Positions 1 through 12,690 of a stretch of 64,000 nt of DNA are shown here, piece by piece. The stretch's first letter is position 1. Every line of letters begins with the position of its first letter. The notes under the pieces were generated by a model that was not told where the DNA came from, did no database searches, and saw nothing but the letters and a program-made list of their open reading frames with translations. The position numbers and the translations under genes are program-made. The DNA is from Ginglymostoma cirratum (taxonomy: Eukaryota): NCBI GenBank assembly GCA_024137785.1, contig JAHRHZ010000267.1:13582711-13646710 (forward strand), given 5' to 3'.

Positions 1-190
1 GCAGCTCTGGACTCAGAGTGCTTGTCTGAGTGCGCAATAAGCTTTTAAAGATGGTGTGGGTGCTAGGGATACTGATTCTTTAGCACATACCCACTGAATG
101 ATGAGTTGTTCCAGGAATGACATGTGGTAAGGTGGAGCAGAAATTGGATGTAAGGGATGCCAAAGGTGTGGTAAGTAACTAATGAAACAT

Positions 191-394
191 TTTGAATGTA
201 GTAGGAACTGCAGATGCTGGAGAATCTGAGATAACAAGGTGTAGAGCTGGATGAACACAGCAGGCCAAGCAGCATCATAGGAGCAGGAGAGCTTGACGTT
301 TCAGGCCTGGACCCTTCTTCAGTCCGAAACATCAAGCTCTCCTGCTCCTATGATGCTGCTTGGCCTGCTGTGTTCATCCAGCTCTACACCTTGT
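191..394. mobile_element. Palindromic Penelope-like (PLE) pLTR-derived mini-insertion
   Basis: Arms ~232-303 and ~325-396 are reverse complements. Direct repeat TAACTAATGAAACAT at 176-190 and 395-409 (TSD). Minus-strand hammerhead core CTGAAGA-agggtccaggcct-GAAACGTC at 295-322. Confidence 0.8.
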
Positions 395-2189
395 TAACTA
401 ATGAAACATGTTTGGTAAGATCCATTGAGAGAAGCCATTTTTTCTCACAGTGAAAAGCCCTACAAAAACTTTTAAGCAACTCAGACTTAGCTGAAGAAAT
501 ATAAGGTTCAGCTCACTGTTTCAGAACGGTGGAAATACTGGTGGCCATGCACCCAAACAGCTCTACACTGTAAATTAGAAACCATCATTCCGAAAGATAC
601 CTACATTTATCAAAATACCTTTGAAGATATCCGAGATTTTCCTAGAGGAACTAAATAATCCAGATGAACCAGAATTTATCTATGTCAATGGATATCGTCT
701 TGTGTGCTCGATAGAGGTGTAAGTCCTGTTAGATTGTTTTCTGTAACTGAAGGAGCAGAAGCTACATCCTGCAGAGATGTGACTACATGGGACATATAGA
801 TTAGCTGTCAGAAGCACAGAAATACTATGCGGTACACATAGTCCAATGCACAAAAGTGAATGGAAAATATGCACCTTGTTCATAATCTGCCAACTTCACT
901 GTTGAGCATTCGTGCATGTCTTCAACTCCGCTTCATCAGAGGTGAAGGAGATTGATGACCTCCCAGAAAAGTAACTGGTCCTGAAGCAAACCATTTTCCA
1001 AACACTGGTCCAGGAGCAAATTACTATTGATCAATTAGTCAAGAGGCCAATAGTCTGGTCTTCCCAGGCAAATGGTGGAACACAAATAGGTTAAACCTTC
1101 CAGTGAGGTCTCTTATGTTGGCATTAGAGAGCTGTTTAACATTGTTAATAAAAGGAGGTCACAGACTTCACAAGACTGTTTTTAAATGTTCAGCCTTCTG
1201 TCTACTAAAACAGAACAGTGACAGCGAGTCTGCTAAGTGAGCAGCAGTCTTTCAATAACAGACACTCTGAGAAACTTTCTCAGTCAGGAGCTCTGAGCTT
1301 CTGCAGCACGGGGAGTTGGTCATTGCCGGCTGCACAGCTTCAGAGCAGACAGTCTGGGGAACAGGGCTAACCAAGTTTGTGGAGATAGACAGGCACCAGT
1401 CAGGAGTCTGGGCACTGCAGAGCTATTTGGTTAGGTCTGCTCCAAGGACTAGGTCACAATCAGTCCATTGGTTCATCCACAGAAATTAAAGATAAAGGGG
1501 AATGGGATGTGGGGGAGTGGAGCTGAAGGGGCTGCTTCCCTGTGAAAGTTGTGAAGTTGGGCAACTGCATTTGTCAGAGTGTGATCTGGTAAAGCATTGA
1601 TGGGAAGGGCTGTCACACAGGGAGGTTTTCAACCACAGCCAGGAACACTTTGGCTTCAAGGTGGAGGCACACTTCATAATCCAGGAGCTGCAGGGACAAG
1701 GTGGATAATTGCAGGCTCGTGTTGATGGGTTGATTAGGGTCCTAGGGAGATGTGAAGCCTATGGGATTCATAAGAAGCACGAACAGAAAGGAGATCTAAT
1801 TGCTGGAGACCTCACTGACAGGTGAAAGTGGAGTTGGAAGCTGGAAGTCACTGGCCGAAGGGTTTTCACTATCCCTTCCATTGAGCTGTGAAATGAGAAA
1901 GAAAATGGCTGTGAGACCACCTGCAGTGGGTGGTGTAGGTGTCTGAAACTATGGGGGAGACCCAAGTGTTGTGCAGGTTACAGAGCTGAAGACACTATCA
2001 ACATGGTGTAGCTTGTTCATGAGGTACAGTTGCTAAGATACAGTGAGCAATCTCACTAGGTGCTGTGGTAACAATCTCTGCAAAAACCTCCGTGAAACTC
2101 AAATGTCGCCAAAAAAGGTATGTTTCAGCCCATGCTTAAAATTTTCTTGTGCCTCATCTGATTGCTGATTTTTTGTTTATTAACTGCAC

Positions 2190-2470
2190 AGATACATTTT
2201 ACATAAGCAACCACAATTTTACAGAATGTCCAAAGTCATTGTGGTGTGGGCAATTGATGGATTTGCATACATACATGGCACAAAATATTTTTTACAGACT
2301 TCATTTCTCAGCATCAAAAGGGTGAAGTGTGTTCATCTGAGTTTTCATCCCTGAGATATACAGAGACCCTGTAGTAAAATAAGGTGGCTTCTTATGTTTT
2401 TGTTATATCCTTAAGGGAGCTCGTACAGCATCTGGCACTTATGTGACTCCAACAGGCCGTCTGATTACTA
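2190..2470 (+). pseudogene. Highly decayed PIF/Harbinger (HARBI1-like) transposase fragment
   Basis: Translates to QFYRMSKVIVVWAIDGFAYIH, resembling F...GFP.V.GAIDGTH. Weak downstream similarity to LLGD.GY/LMTP. Confidence 0.4.
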
Positions 2471-2644
2471 TAATCACTTAAATGCTAGGAAATGGAACAA
2501 ATCTTTCCCACTGTTTCTTTTCTAGTTGAGGATGGTCCCTTTTTTCCCATTGTTGTAACTGGCACAGACTCTAGAGATTCACTGAAACTTTACAAATAAC
2601 AGACCACAGTGTCTCCTTGAATATCTTTAAAACCAGTATTTGAA

Positions 2645-3212
2645 TTTGCAGAAACAAAAGTAGAAATTACTGGAAAAGCTCAGCAGGCCTGGCAGCAACT
2701 GTGGAGAGGAACCAAAGCTAATGCTTTGAGTCTAGTGACCCTTCCTGAGAACTGATGGCAGCAAGAAAATGTTGTTTCTTTTTATACAGAAGATAGGGTG
2801 GAGGGAGGCAGTAAGGAGTAAACAATAGGTGGAGATAGAGCCCAAAGAGAGAGAACATTGGACAGCCAAAGGAGTGTAATGAGCAGTCTTGGAGAATAAA
2901 TAGCTACTAATAGGGACTTTTCATGGCTGACAATGGGTTGTGTGTAATAACAGACCATGTGTTAACAAGGCCTGGTGTGTGGGACTTGGGGTATGGATAT
3001 TGGAGAAGGTGCCTCAAGAACTCAATGTTGAGTCCAGGAGGCCATAGAGTTCGCAAGTAGAAAATGAAGTAATGTTCTTCCAGCTTGTGCTGAGCCTCAC
3101 TGGAACGCTGCAGTAAGCCTCAGACAGAGATGTTGGCCAGGGAACAAGGTGCTGTGTTGAAGTGTATCACCTGCGGACAAAATGTAGATGTTCTGCGAAG
3201 CGGTCACCCAAT
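2645..3212 (-). mobile_element. PLE 3' part: GIY-YIG endonuclease C-terminus, 3' UTR and pLTR
   Basis: Minus strand reads LGDRFAEHLH...HFNTAPCSLANISV*GLLQRSSEAQHKLEEHYFIFYLRTLWPPGLNIEF, typical of the PLE GIY-YIG end. pLTR-like sequence at 2645-2755. Confidence 0.8.
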
Positions 3213-3251
3213 GGGCTAGGCAGGCTTGGGAGACTATCAGCTTGGAGGCAG

Positions 3252-3695
3252 TGTGGAGAACTATTACATTATAGATGCTGAGCGCCAGCTTTCAGAAACC
3301 TCCACCTGAACCGTGACCCCACAATGGAACATCAGGCCATTGTGTCCACTACAGTCACTAACCTCATTTCATCTGTTGATCTTCTCCCACTCCCCGCTCC
3401 ACCGCCCCCCCAACCCCACTGCCTCCAAGCTGGTAGTCTCCCAATCCTGCATGGCTCAGTTCTACCACCTTCTCAGAATCCACAAACAAGACTGCCAGGG
3501 CAGGCCAATTGTTTCTATATGCTCTTGCCCCATAGAACTCATCTCTTCCTACCTCGACTTGGTTTCTTCTCCCTTTGTCTAGCCCCTTCCTACTTACATC
3601 TGCGATTCCTCTGGTGCTTTGCATCAGTTTCAGAATTTCCCGTTTGCAGGCTCTAGCCGCCGCCTCTTCACCATGAACGTGCAATCCCTTTACAA
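3252..3695 (+). mobile_element. PLE reverse transcriptase N-terminal fragment (decayed)
   Basis: FYHLLRIHKQDCQGRPIVSICSCPIELISSYLD and LFTMNVQSLY match the PLE RT motifs FYLLPKIHK..GRPIVS and LFTMDVQSLY. Frameshifts and stops present. Confidence 0.85.
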
Positions 3696-4384
3696 TGTTT
3701 GAACCATTAGGGACAGAAATGATAAAGAGCAAGTATTCAATTTTCTGATTGCATACTGTGGACATAATGAGGCTTTGATCATATTATGTGAATTAACATT
3801 TCAGGGTAGAATTAATGCCTGTGTTATTTCACTAGTCTTACTGGTCTCCTCTATCAATGATGGTTCCTTCAAAGCATGACAATATTAATCTTCAACCCAT
3901 TCTCCAATTTATTTTCAAATTCTGGTTGACCAAACACCCTTTACCTCTGAATCAAGCCTTTTGTCAAAGTTACTCCAAGTCCCCACCTCACTCCCTTCTG
4001 GAAATCTATCCTTCCAGCTCCCATACAACACCTCCCTCACCTACTCCCACTCACGTCTCACTGGGTTATTTCCTGTTCGATGCAATCCCCACTCTACTAC
4101 GCAAGGGATGGACAATAAATGCTGACCTTACTAATGACACCCATGTCCCATGACTAAAAGAAAAACATTGATGAAGATGTTTTGAGCAGAGCAAAGTCTG
4201 CATTAGCCAGACCTCAATCACTTTGTCTTTCTTCCTGTTTTCAGGAGCCATCTCAAACATGTTAGCTCCTTCCACCTCATGGTCGCCATTTCCCATTTAC
4301 TCAGGGTACAGTATGTTCTTCTCAGGGGGTGCTTTGAGATGTTTTCCTTTATATCAGAAGGAAATAGAAAGGGCACACTCCATC

Positions 4385-4590
4385 ATTAGCTCATTCAGCT
4401 GGATGGCCAGTTTCTAATACAGAAGGATGCCAACAAAGTGGATTCAATTCATGCATTGGCTGAGGTTACCATGAAGGACTCTCCCTCTCAACCTGTCCCC
4501 TCACCTGAGGCATGGTGACCCTTAGGTGAAACTACCACCATCATCTTTCTCTAATGAGAGAGCGGCCCTCTGGAACTATGGCAACTTAAC
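4385..4590 (+). mobile_element. Short tRNA-derived SINE (related copies at ~28545-28760 minus, ~31370-31450, ~56020-56190)
   Basis: tRNA-like head (agctcattcagctgg...ggattcaattc). Body GAGGTTACCATGAAGGACTCTCC...AAACTACCACC is shared with the other copies. Confidence 0.6.
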
Positions 4591-4639
4591 CGTTTACCAA
4601 CTCGAATATCCTGTTGTTGCATTTCAAAAAAAAAAAGCA

Positions 4640-4826
4640 AAGGAGTTCTCCCTAGCGATCAAGCCAATATTTATCACTCAAGCAAGTTTGTTACAGACTC
4701 AGGGATTAGAGCGGTGTGCAAATTAGCTGATGTGTTCACACATTACAGCAGTGACTGAACTTCAAAAATACTTCATTTGTAAAAACTTTGGAACATTCTA
4801 TACAGGGCACTATATAAATGCAAGTT
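4640..4826 (+). mobile_element. 3' fragment of Deu-SINE-like element
   Basis: cattacagcagtgactgaacttcaaaaatacttcatttgtaaa...cactatataaatgcaag, shared with 45320-45790 and 39975-40330. Confidence 0.5.
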
Positions 4827-6647
4827 CATGCTGTGCTATAACAGTACTGGGGTTGAAATTCCACACACAACCTGTGTTACCATAATTTAATTTATAATTT
4901 CCCTCCATTTTATTCATTGCATTCTAAATTGTGATATCAGTTGCTAGAACTGATATCTGCTCTGCACAGCTGGACTAATTATGCAATATGGCACCTTCTT
5001 CGGTACAGGGACTCTAACAGGAAAGATACAAATGGCAAATACGTTGAACTACTGAGGTGAGTAGTTAGTATTCCTGCTTCTATATGCTGCATTATTCAAG
5101 TGTATTTTTAGCTGAATGAAAAAGGATTGGATTCTGCAAGGTTGATTTCAGCTTGCTGTTCATACGGATTCTAGGTTCAATGAGGCTTGAGCCTGAAACT
5201 CATGCCAGTGTTGCTTTAGCTGTTTAACATGAAACAAGTGTCACCTTTCCTTGCTGACAATTCATTTGTATGTAATTAAGATCGGCAGCCAAGCTCCAAA
5301 AAAATACAGTGCTGTATTCCTTAAACCTTTGAATATTAAATTCTGAATGCTTTGCGATTAGGAGAAAACCTATATGTTACAAAATTGCAGTTGCAAAATA
5401 CATATGTTTTAGTTCTCTCCAAACTATTTCAGACGTCATTAGCTTTTCAGTGTCCTATTAGCCTGGGTGTTGCTTCATTATGATATATTTTAATTTTTCA
5501 AGGGAATGGATCGGACGTAAGTTAAGGAAGTCCTCAGTTGCCAAGCTATCCTTTCACGTAAACTGCAACCACTTTCTCCAAAATGGACCCCATTGTGTGC
5601 GGTTATTAGAGAGCCATCAATAATTTATTTGCAGTGTTATGATAACAAAGATTCTCCAAGTTAATTTACGGAAATAAGTAATAGCTGACTTTAATTTCAA
5701 AAGGGAGGGACCTGGATCACTTCTTGAATGGGGCAGGTTTTGTACCATGCCGAAAGTTATTGGATTAACAAATAACAAACTTATTGCCCTTCTAGACTGG
5801 TTTTGGAATGGCTACATGGAGAATTTATTAAGAGTGTCTTTTCCTCTATTAGTCTTCTTTTTTCTGTTTTGCTTTTAATCTCTCCAAAAGTCACAATAGT
5901 GTAGACAGCAGGTTGGGGAGGTGGGGGAATGGTGTGTTGTTAGAGGACAGGAGTAAGTCAAAGCTGAAGAAATCGTGGAACAGCAGCTCTTTTTCTTCTG
6001 CCTTGTTTCATTTATTTATCAAGCACTCACAATTAGCAGCCATTACTCAGGTACGTTGCATGCAATTGTCGCAGTTTCACATCTTAAATGAAGTCTGTGC
6101 CATGCACCCATGGTTCTAGGTGTGGCAGGTGTCAGACATAGGATAGGTTAATGATGTTAGTCCCAGCAGCATCAGTTAGCAGTATGCAGTTCATGATGTC
6201 AGTATGGATATAGCACTGACTTGACTACAGCGCTCTCTTCTTCGACCTCAAAGCCTCAGCTAATCACTTTTCTTAACTTTGCACACCTGAACATGCATTC
6301 AGCTGTAGTCAGGCCGCCTTCCACTTCTTACACACTACACCTCAGCCTAATACACATTGCTTTGATCATTTGCTGCAACTTCTAGATACTGTAGTCCTCA
6401 TCCATCAGGCCTACAACATGACAGGAAGAATTAAACACAGACAACATGAACAAACCATCGTAGAATTCTTACAGCGTAGAAGCAGACCATTCAGCCCATC
6501 GAGTCCACACTGACCCTCTGAACAGCATCCCACCCAGGTGCAGGAGGACAAAAGGGAATATATGATAGCACTAGAAATATGAAATGAAAACAGTGCATAC
6601 TGGAAATACTCAGTCAGTCTCACAGTATATGGGGAGAGAAACATTCA

Positions 6648-6993
6648 GATGGCATGGTGGCCCAGCGGTTAGCACTGCAGCTTCACAGCACCAATGACTC
6701 ATGTTTGAATCTACCCTCGGGTGAAGTCTGTGTGAAGTTTATACATTCTCCCCACATCTGTGTGGATTTCCTCTGTGTGGTTTCTTCCCACAGTCCAAAG
6801 ACGTTCAGGTTAGGTGGATTGGCCATGCTAAATTACCCATAGAGTCCAGGGATGTATAGGTTAGGTGGATTAGCTGTGGAAAGGGTGGGGTTATAGGGCA
6901 AGGGGCTGGGTCTGGGTGGGATGCATTTCAGGGGGTCAGTGTGGACTTGATGGGCTGAATGGCCTGCTTTCACACTGTAGAGATTCCATGATT
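6648..6993 (+). mobile_element. HE1/V-SINE-type tRNA-derived SINE
   Basis: Head GGCATGGTGGCCCAGCGGTTAGCACTGC, V-domain-like core (tgtgtgaagtttatacattctcccc...gccatgctaaattaccc), CR1-like tail (gggctgaatggcctgctttc...gattccatgatt). Confidence 0.8.
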
Positions 6994-7269
6994 TCAAATC
7001 AACAACTTCTCCCCCTTTCTGGTGCCATTTCAGAGCAATTCAAAGAGGAAGTTGGACAGAAAGAGACAAGTATCCTGAGCTTGAGACAATATCCATCGGG
7101 ATGGAACTCTGCTTGTTTAAGGAGAAGGGTCCAACATGGAACATCTTATTACATCCCTCCATTTCACTAAAGATGTGTCACTGAAATGTTGCTTAATAGG
7201 CACCAAATTTAGAAATGTACACGACTCACAATGGGGTCAACTCCCAGAATGCACTGTTGTTGGCCAGGC

Positions 7270-7600
7270 AGCCATAGAGTTCAATTCCTGCTGATACACC
7301 ATGCCATTTTTTTCTCCTCTAGCAGTTTGCTGTACTACCAGTATTTGAGGCACCATGAGGCACTGGGCTGTGGCTATTCAGAGAAAAGGGCTATCCACTG
7401 ACACACCTGTCTCACTTCTTTCACTACCCTCACAAACCTGGGCAGCATCCAGAGAACGAGAGCCATTTTGCCTCGAGGAATGCCATTAAACAGACCATTG
7501 GGAGACTTAAGCAATATTTCCAGTGCTTGGGTTGCCTGGACGAGCCCTATACTACACAACAGGGCACACGTCACACTCATCGTCATCTAGCTCTGGCCTT
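7270..7600 (+). pseudogene. Decayed Harbinger transposase C-terminal half
   Basis: WLFREKGYPLTHL...PGQHPENESHFASRNAIKQTIGRLKQYFQCL aligns to WLLGDKGYPL...YNESH..TR..IE.TIG.LKQRFRCL. Confidence 0.75.
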
Positions 7601-8094
7601 GGAGTGTTTATCTTTGAACTGTATTATGTTGGCTTCGGCAGCAGCATTCTGGACTAACTGACAGGTGACACAGGGGCACAAGCAGATTTGTATTAAATGG
7701 TGGACAAACTTTATCATCTTGAGAAAGGCACTGTCACTTCCTCAAGTCTTTCCTCAGAAATGATTAGTTAGAGCTTAGATTGCTGGACTGATATGATACC
7801 CTGTATACCATTTTGATCATTGGTATTGGCGACCATGTTGGGGGGTGCAATCTAAGTTAATGTGAGATCCAGCTCCGTTCGTAAGACTTCAGTCTGAGCT
7901 TCCTAGCACCACCAGGAAGTTGGGTGATCGCTGCTTGTGCTGATGAACATTTTAGAAAAGGAAACATTGGCTGTCAGACCATCATAATTGAGTCCCCAAG
8001 CATGCAAACGGAGTTCACAACCACTTCCACACTGGAAAGGATGGGTTCCATTCCTTGTGGAAATGACTGTACAAGTTAGTACAAATTCCTCCAG

Positions 8095-8395
8095 AACACG
8101 AAGCTAAGGTTCTTGGAGACATGGGTTCGAATCCAGCTATGGCAGATGGTGAAATTTGAATCCGATAAAAATCGGAAATAATAAAGTAGCCTAATGTTGA
8201 CCACGTAACCATTGCTGATTGTTGCAAAGGCCATCTGGTTCACCAGTGTGCTTTAGGGAAGGAAATTTACCATCCTTACCTCTAGCATACATTTGACGCC
8301 AGACATGCGGCAATGTAACTAACTCTTAACTACATTCTGGTCACCAGTGATGGGCAATAAATACTTGCCAGTGATGCCCACATTCTGTTAATGAT
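8095..8395 (+). mobile_element. tRNA-derived SINE with LINE-like 3' tail
   Basis: B-box-like GGTTCGAATCC at ~8124. 3' end gatgggcaataaatacttgccagtgatgcccacat is shared with 12310-12690, 17893-18730 (minus) and 33720-33795. Confidence 0.7.
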
Positions 8396-10419
8396 TTTTT
8401 AAAAAATTCTCAATGTTGAAGCAAGCCTGTAAATGTTGCATGTATTTGACACATCATATATCAGAATGCTGCAACTTTAGTGTATTCTCTGATTCCTAGC
8501 AGAATTCATGCATTACCACACATACCGCAAGCTAACACCTACACTATGTTGTAGGCACTTGTGCCCATGACTCATGCTGTTTTCTAAAGTGTGCGCACTA
8601 AGCCGCTTGCAAATATCAGGACATATCTTTATCATCTGCGTGTTCTTCCTTTTGCATCTGGCACTTTTGAAGTATGGTCTAGGCAGGTTGCAATTTTTGG
8701 GTATCTGGTGAGGTAGAATTGCTGTGAAAGAACCGATAAATCAAGAGGTGCAAGTTTGGATCATCTGCCGTTTGTAATTCAGAACATATTGTGGATTGAG
8801 GAGAAACGGGATGTTGAGAAAAAGATTAGGTGCAAGCAATCGGTCAATTTTGATGCTTTCAGCTCCATCACCCATCTCACCATAGTCTCAGCTATGGCCA
8901 CACCAATGATAACAACTATGATCTCATTTATAAGCTGAAACATGCAGATGGAGCTGTCTCCCATCGATTAATCACTAATGCTTGTTGTTGTGTTGAACCT
9001 TACCCTGCAAGCAACAGAAAGACATTCCAACAAAAGTGATGCAGTATTTTCTGGGTGATATGGCTTTTGATATTAAATAGCTGGAAGTGTGCTTAAGCTG
9101 TGAGAAGTGTGTGAAATGTACAAATATTGGATATTTGTACTAACATTCGACTGATATTTAAAGCAGGATTCACTCAATGGAAACATTGAACTAAGCTATT
9201 GAAGTTAACCAGAGCCCTATGTTCCTAGCTGTGCCTCAGTGGTAGCTCAAACTCCATTCCAAAGACATGAACACATAACCCAGGTTCACTCTAGTAATAA
9301 CAATAGCATGGCGATTGATTTATAGTATCAATGCCGTAGAACTCTTATAACACAGAAGGATCCCATTCACTTCTTGTGTCCATGCCAGTTCTTTACAATT
9401 TACCTAATCCCATGGCCCTACCTTACTCCTTTTTCCACTTTAGATAATTATGCAATTCCCTTTTGAAATCCATGATAGAATCTGCCTCCGCCACACTCTC
9501 AGACTCTGCAGCCAGATACCAGTCCCGACAGATGACTGCACTTTCAGAGTTGCCCAATTGTAGGTGAGACATTAAACCATTTCCCCTATCAGGCAGATAA
9601 TTGATCCCTCAGCAGATTTCGAGGGAGAGCAGCAGAGTTCTTGGAAGTCATGTCTAACACCCAGCTATTATGCTCCTGCACAAACAAGATTGTTCAGGTA
9701 GTCAAGCCTGAGCCAGACCTTTTGAAGAGTAATCCAATTAATCCCACTCCCCTGCTCTTTCTTCATAGCCCTGTAATTTTGCTCTTTCATGTATTTATCT
9801 ATTTCCTCCCTGAAGGTTACTATTAAATTTGTGTCCACCACCCTGTCAAGCGATGGATTCTAAATCTTAACGTATCTTTCTGTATTTTCTTTTGTGGTTT
9901 TTGTTCCTTCACCATTAACCTTAATATTGAACCCTCTAATTATAGACTATTCAGCCAATGGATACAGCATATGTTTTATTTGTTCTGCCTAAATGCTTAA
10001 TGGTTTCAAAAGGGTTAAATATCTTCAGTCAGAAGTGTCTTTTAGTAAAGTAAGGTGTAAGATGGAAAGAGCAGAATGGAAGATTAGCTGATGTACTCTA
10101 GACAGGATAAGGAAACAGACTAGAGTAAAAAGCATGGAAGTGGGGTCAGCTTAGATAGCACATTCAGTGAGATTTGTGAAACCTTGACTAAATAAGAACA
10201 ATGCCTGATGTATGTCTCACAGGAATGAAGTAAATAGACATGGGAACATTTGTTTAATATGTGATTGTATGTTTATTAGAATTGAGTAAGGATATGTGCG
10301 CACGACTTGAGGCGTATATAAGAAATGGGAATTTGTAGCTTTTCAGAATATTGTCTGTGAATGGCTTTCCCAATATATGCTTGAAAAACTATTTCAACCT
10401 TTACCTTGAATTTTTTGGT

Positions 10420-10960
10420 TTTTTGTCAAATTACACAACAGTTTTAAATACCTCTACTTTACCTTCTCTTAGCCTTCTTTGTTCGATGGAGAGCATCCCG
10501 ACATTGAGTCATAGAGTCTACTGCACAGAAAAAGGCCCTTTGGCCCATCAACTCTGCATCAGTCAAAAACAGCACCCAGCTTTCCAACACTTGGCACATG
10601 CCTTGTATGACTTGGCATCACAAAATATACATCTAAATACTTCCTAAATGTTATGATGGTGTCTACCTTCATCACCCTTATCAGCAGTGAGTTCCAGATT
10701 CCAAACATTCTGTGGGTGAAAAAATCATTTCCTCACATCCCCTGTACACCCCACCATCCCTCACCTTAAATCTATGACCTCCCCCACCCCGGGTCATTTA
10801 TCCTTCCACCAAAGGGAAAAGTTCCTACCTATGTACTCATTCTCTGCCCCTCATTGTATTAGGCATCTTAATCAAGTCCCCTCTCAATCTCCTCCATAAC
10901 AAGGAAAATAATGCCAGTCTGTCCAATCTCTGTTCATAATCAGAAATTTCCAGCCCAGGT
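10420..10960 (-). mobile_element. Decayed CR1 LINE/SINE 3' fragments
   Basis: Reverse complement of CR1 3'-end motifs (gtgagttccagattcc...tgggtgaaaaa, aggccctttggcccatc). Confidence 0.6.
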
Positions 10961-11247
10961 CTAGGATTAAATGCCTCATGGCTATCCTGCAAATTTATTT
11001 TTTAAAGCTACACATTTTGTTACAATAACGCATATAATGTCCAATTACCTCAACGTGGCTCCCTGCATTATATGTAATGAAAGTAAAAATGTCCGAGCAT
11101 AGCCTCAAAGCCTCCAATTTTCTGATGTGACTTCCCAATAAATGAGGCTTCATTCCAAAAGAATGCATTTACAATATTGTGAGCTCACCACTCTTTTTTA
11201 GGTGTGGGTGAGGCACGAGGGCTAAAGAGCCTAACTGGTTCTGAAAC

Positions 11248-11580
11248 AAATCACAGAATCCCTATAATATGGAAGTGGGCCATTCAGCCCTTTGAGTTCA
11301 CAATGGCCCTCTTAAGAGCATTCCACTCAGACCCACCCTTTACCCTGTAACCCTGCATTTCCAATGGCTAATCCATCTGGCCTGCACATCCTTGGAAACC
11401 CTGGGCAATTTAGCATGGCCAATCCACCTCACCTGGAGATCTTTGAACTGTGGGAGGAAACCAATGCAGACACAGGGAGATTGTGCAAACTCCACACAGA
11501 CGGTCACCCAAGCGTGGAATTGAACCTGGGTCCCTGGTGCTGTGAGGTAGTAGTGCTAACAACGGAGCCACCATGCCACC
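11248..11580 (-). mobile_element. HE1/V-SINE-type SINE
   Basis: Reverse complement of the 6648-6993 family (gggcaatttagcatggccaatccacct...tgcaaactccacacagac...gccaccatgcc). Confidence 0.8.
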
Positions 11581-12089
11581 CAACTAGAATGAAATTCTAG
11601 AGAAACAAGTAGGGTTTTCTAAACAGGCCTCTTTGGCACCAACACAAATTCACATTTTTTCTGGCATTGTTGAGCCCAGCTTGATCCTCCACACATTTTC
11701 CTGCAGTGAAAATTAAGTCTAATTTTGGTTCTTTAAATTGAGGCTGGCCTGCTAGGTTGTGAGGCTTCCTGACTTGAACTGCCAGCCTGGATAGCGAAAA
11801 TTCAGCTCAAGGGATCCATTGGGGAAAATTAATTAACTGTCAGACATTCTCTGGAGAAAAGGACTCAAGATGAGAAATTCACTATCAGTGTCAATTTCAT
11901 CTGTCGCTGGGATTTTCTCATTTCAAGGTGAAGAATGACAACGAGTGGGTTTGAAGGTATCATTACCGCTATGGTTGGTGTTGAGTGATTGCGCGCAAGC
12001 TCAGCTGGACACCCGTTCAAATGCTGCCAGACAAGAACTAACCCTTACACTATGATGCTGAAGTATCAACACATGGCATCAAAGAGAAG

Positions 12090-12300
12090 CAAGATAACCT
12101 CCTCACTTCATGGAGAAACATCTCAAGGCAATGGCACATGGTGTAATGGGCAGATGTCAGTCCTTTTCCTGGCTGAACGCAAATCGGGGCAAGCTTATCA
12201 GAGATGCCCAGCTTGGACAGAGATAACAGCATGGGTCAGCATTGTCTCCACCATCAAAAGGGATTACCAACTGTGCCACATGAAGATAAATAATTCCCTT
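12090..12300 (+). pseudogene. Myb/SANT-like DNA-binding domain remnant (Harbinger second ORF, NAIF1/MSANTD-like)
   Basis: SVLFLAERKSGQAYQRCPAWTEITAWVSIVSTIKRDYQLCHMKINN fits VLF....AW.E.A..VS..S...R...QC.KK.N. Confidence 0.65.
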
Positions 12301-12309
12301 CCCGCCTCG

Positions 12310-12690
12310 TCAGATGATGAAATTTGAATTCAATAGAAGTCTGGAAGTAAGAGTCTAATTATGACCATGAATCCATTGTTCATTCTCAGGAAAACTTATC
12401 TGGCTCACTCATGTCCTTTAGAGAAGAAACTGCCATCCTTACCTGGTCTAGCCTGTATGTGATTCACAGTCAAATGTTATGTTATCCAAAAAAACAAATA
12501 ATTAAGCAGATTCTGTCCTCACTCAACTAGCCACAGAGATATGTCAATAATGTGCTCACCAGATTGTGCACTTGAGGCTAATCTAGATACCATATCCATT
12601 GAATTGACTCACAGACACACAACAATGTGGCTGCCATCTGGGCAATAAATGCTGGCCTAGCCAACAATGCCCTCATTCCATGAATGAATT
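12310..12690 (+). mobile_element. SINE of the 8095-8395 family, interrupted
   Basis: cagatgatgaaatttgaattcaat...ctgccatccttacctggtct...gggcaataaatgctggcctagcca...catgaatgaat. Confidence 0.65.

Noticed and set aside
63-335. Recurrent ORFs containing RPETSSFPAPMMLL / MGLDEHSRSSSIIGAG (also 18255-18510, 40603-41088, 55337-56079)
   Set aside because: Translations of the non-coding PLE pLTR palindromes, not a peptide gene family.
560-900. Protein-like reading (IFLEELNNPDEPEFIYVNGYRLV) suggesting a viral or transposase remnant
   Set aside because: Short, interrupted by stops, and I could not assign any motif.
6648-6720. tRNA gene
   Set aside because: tRNA-like head of a SINE that continues into a SINE body. 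No complete cloverleaf.
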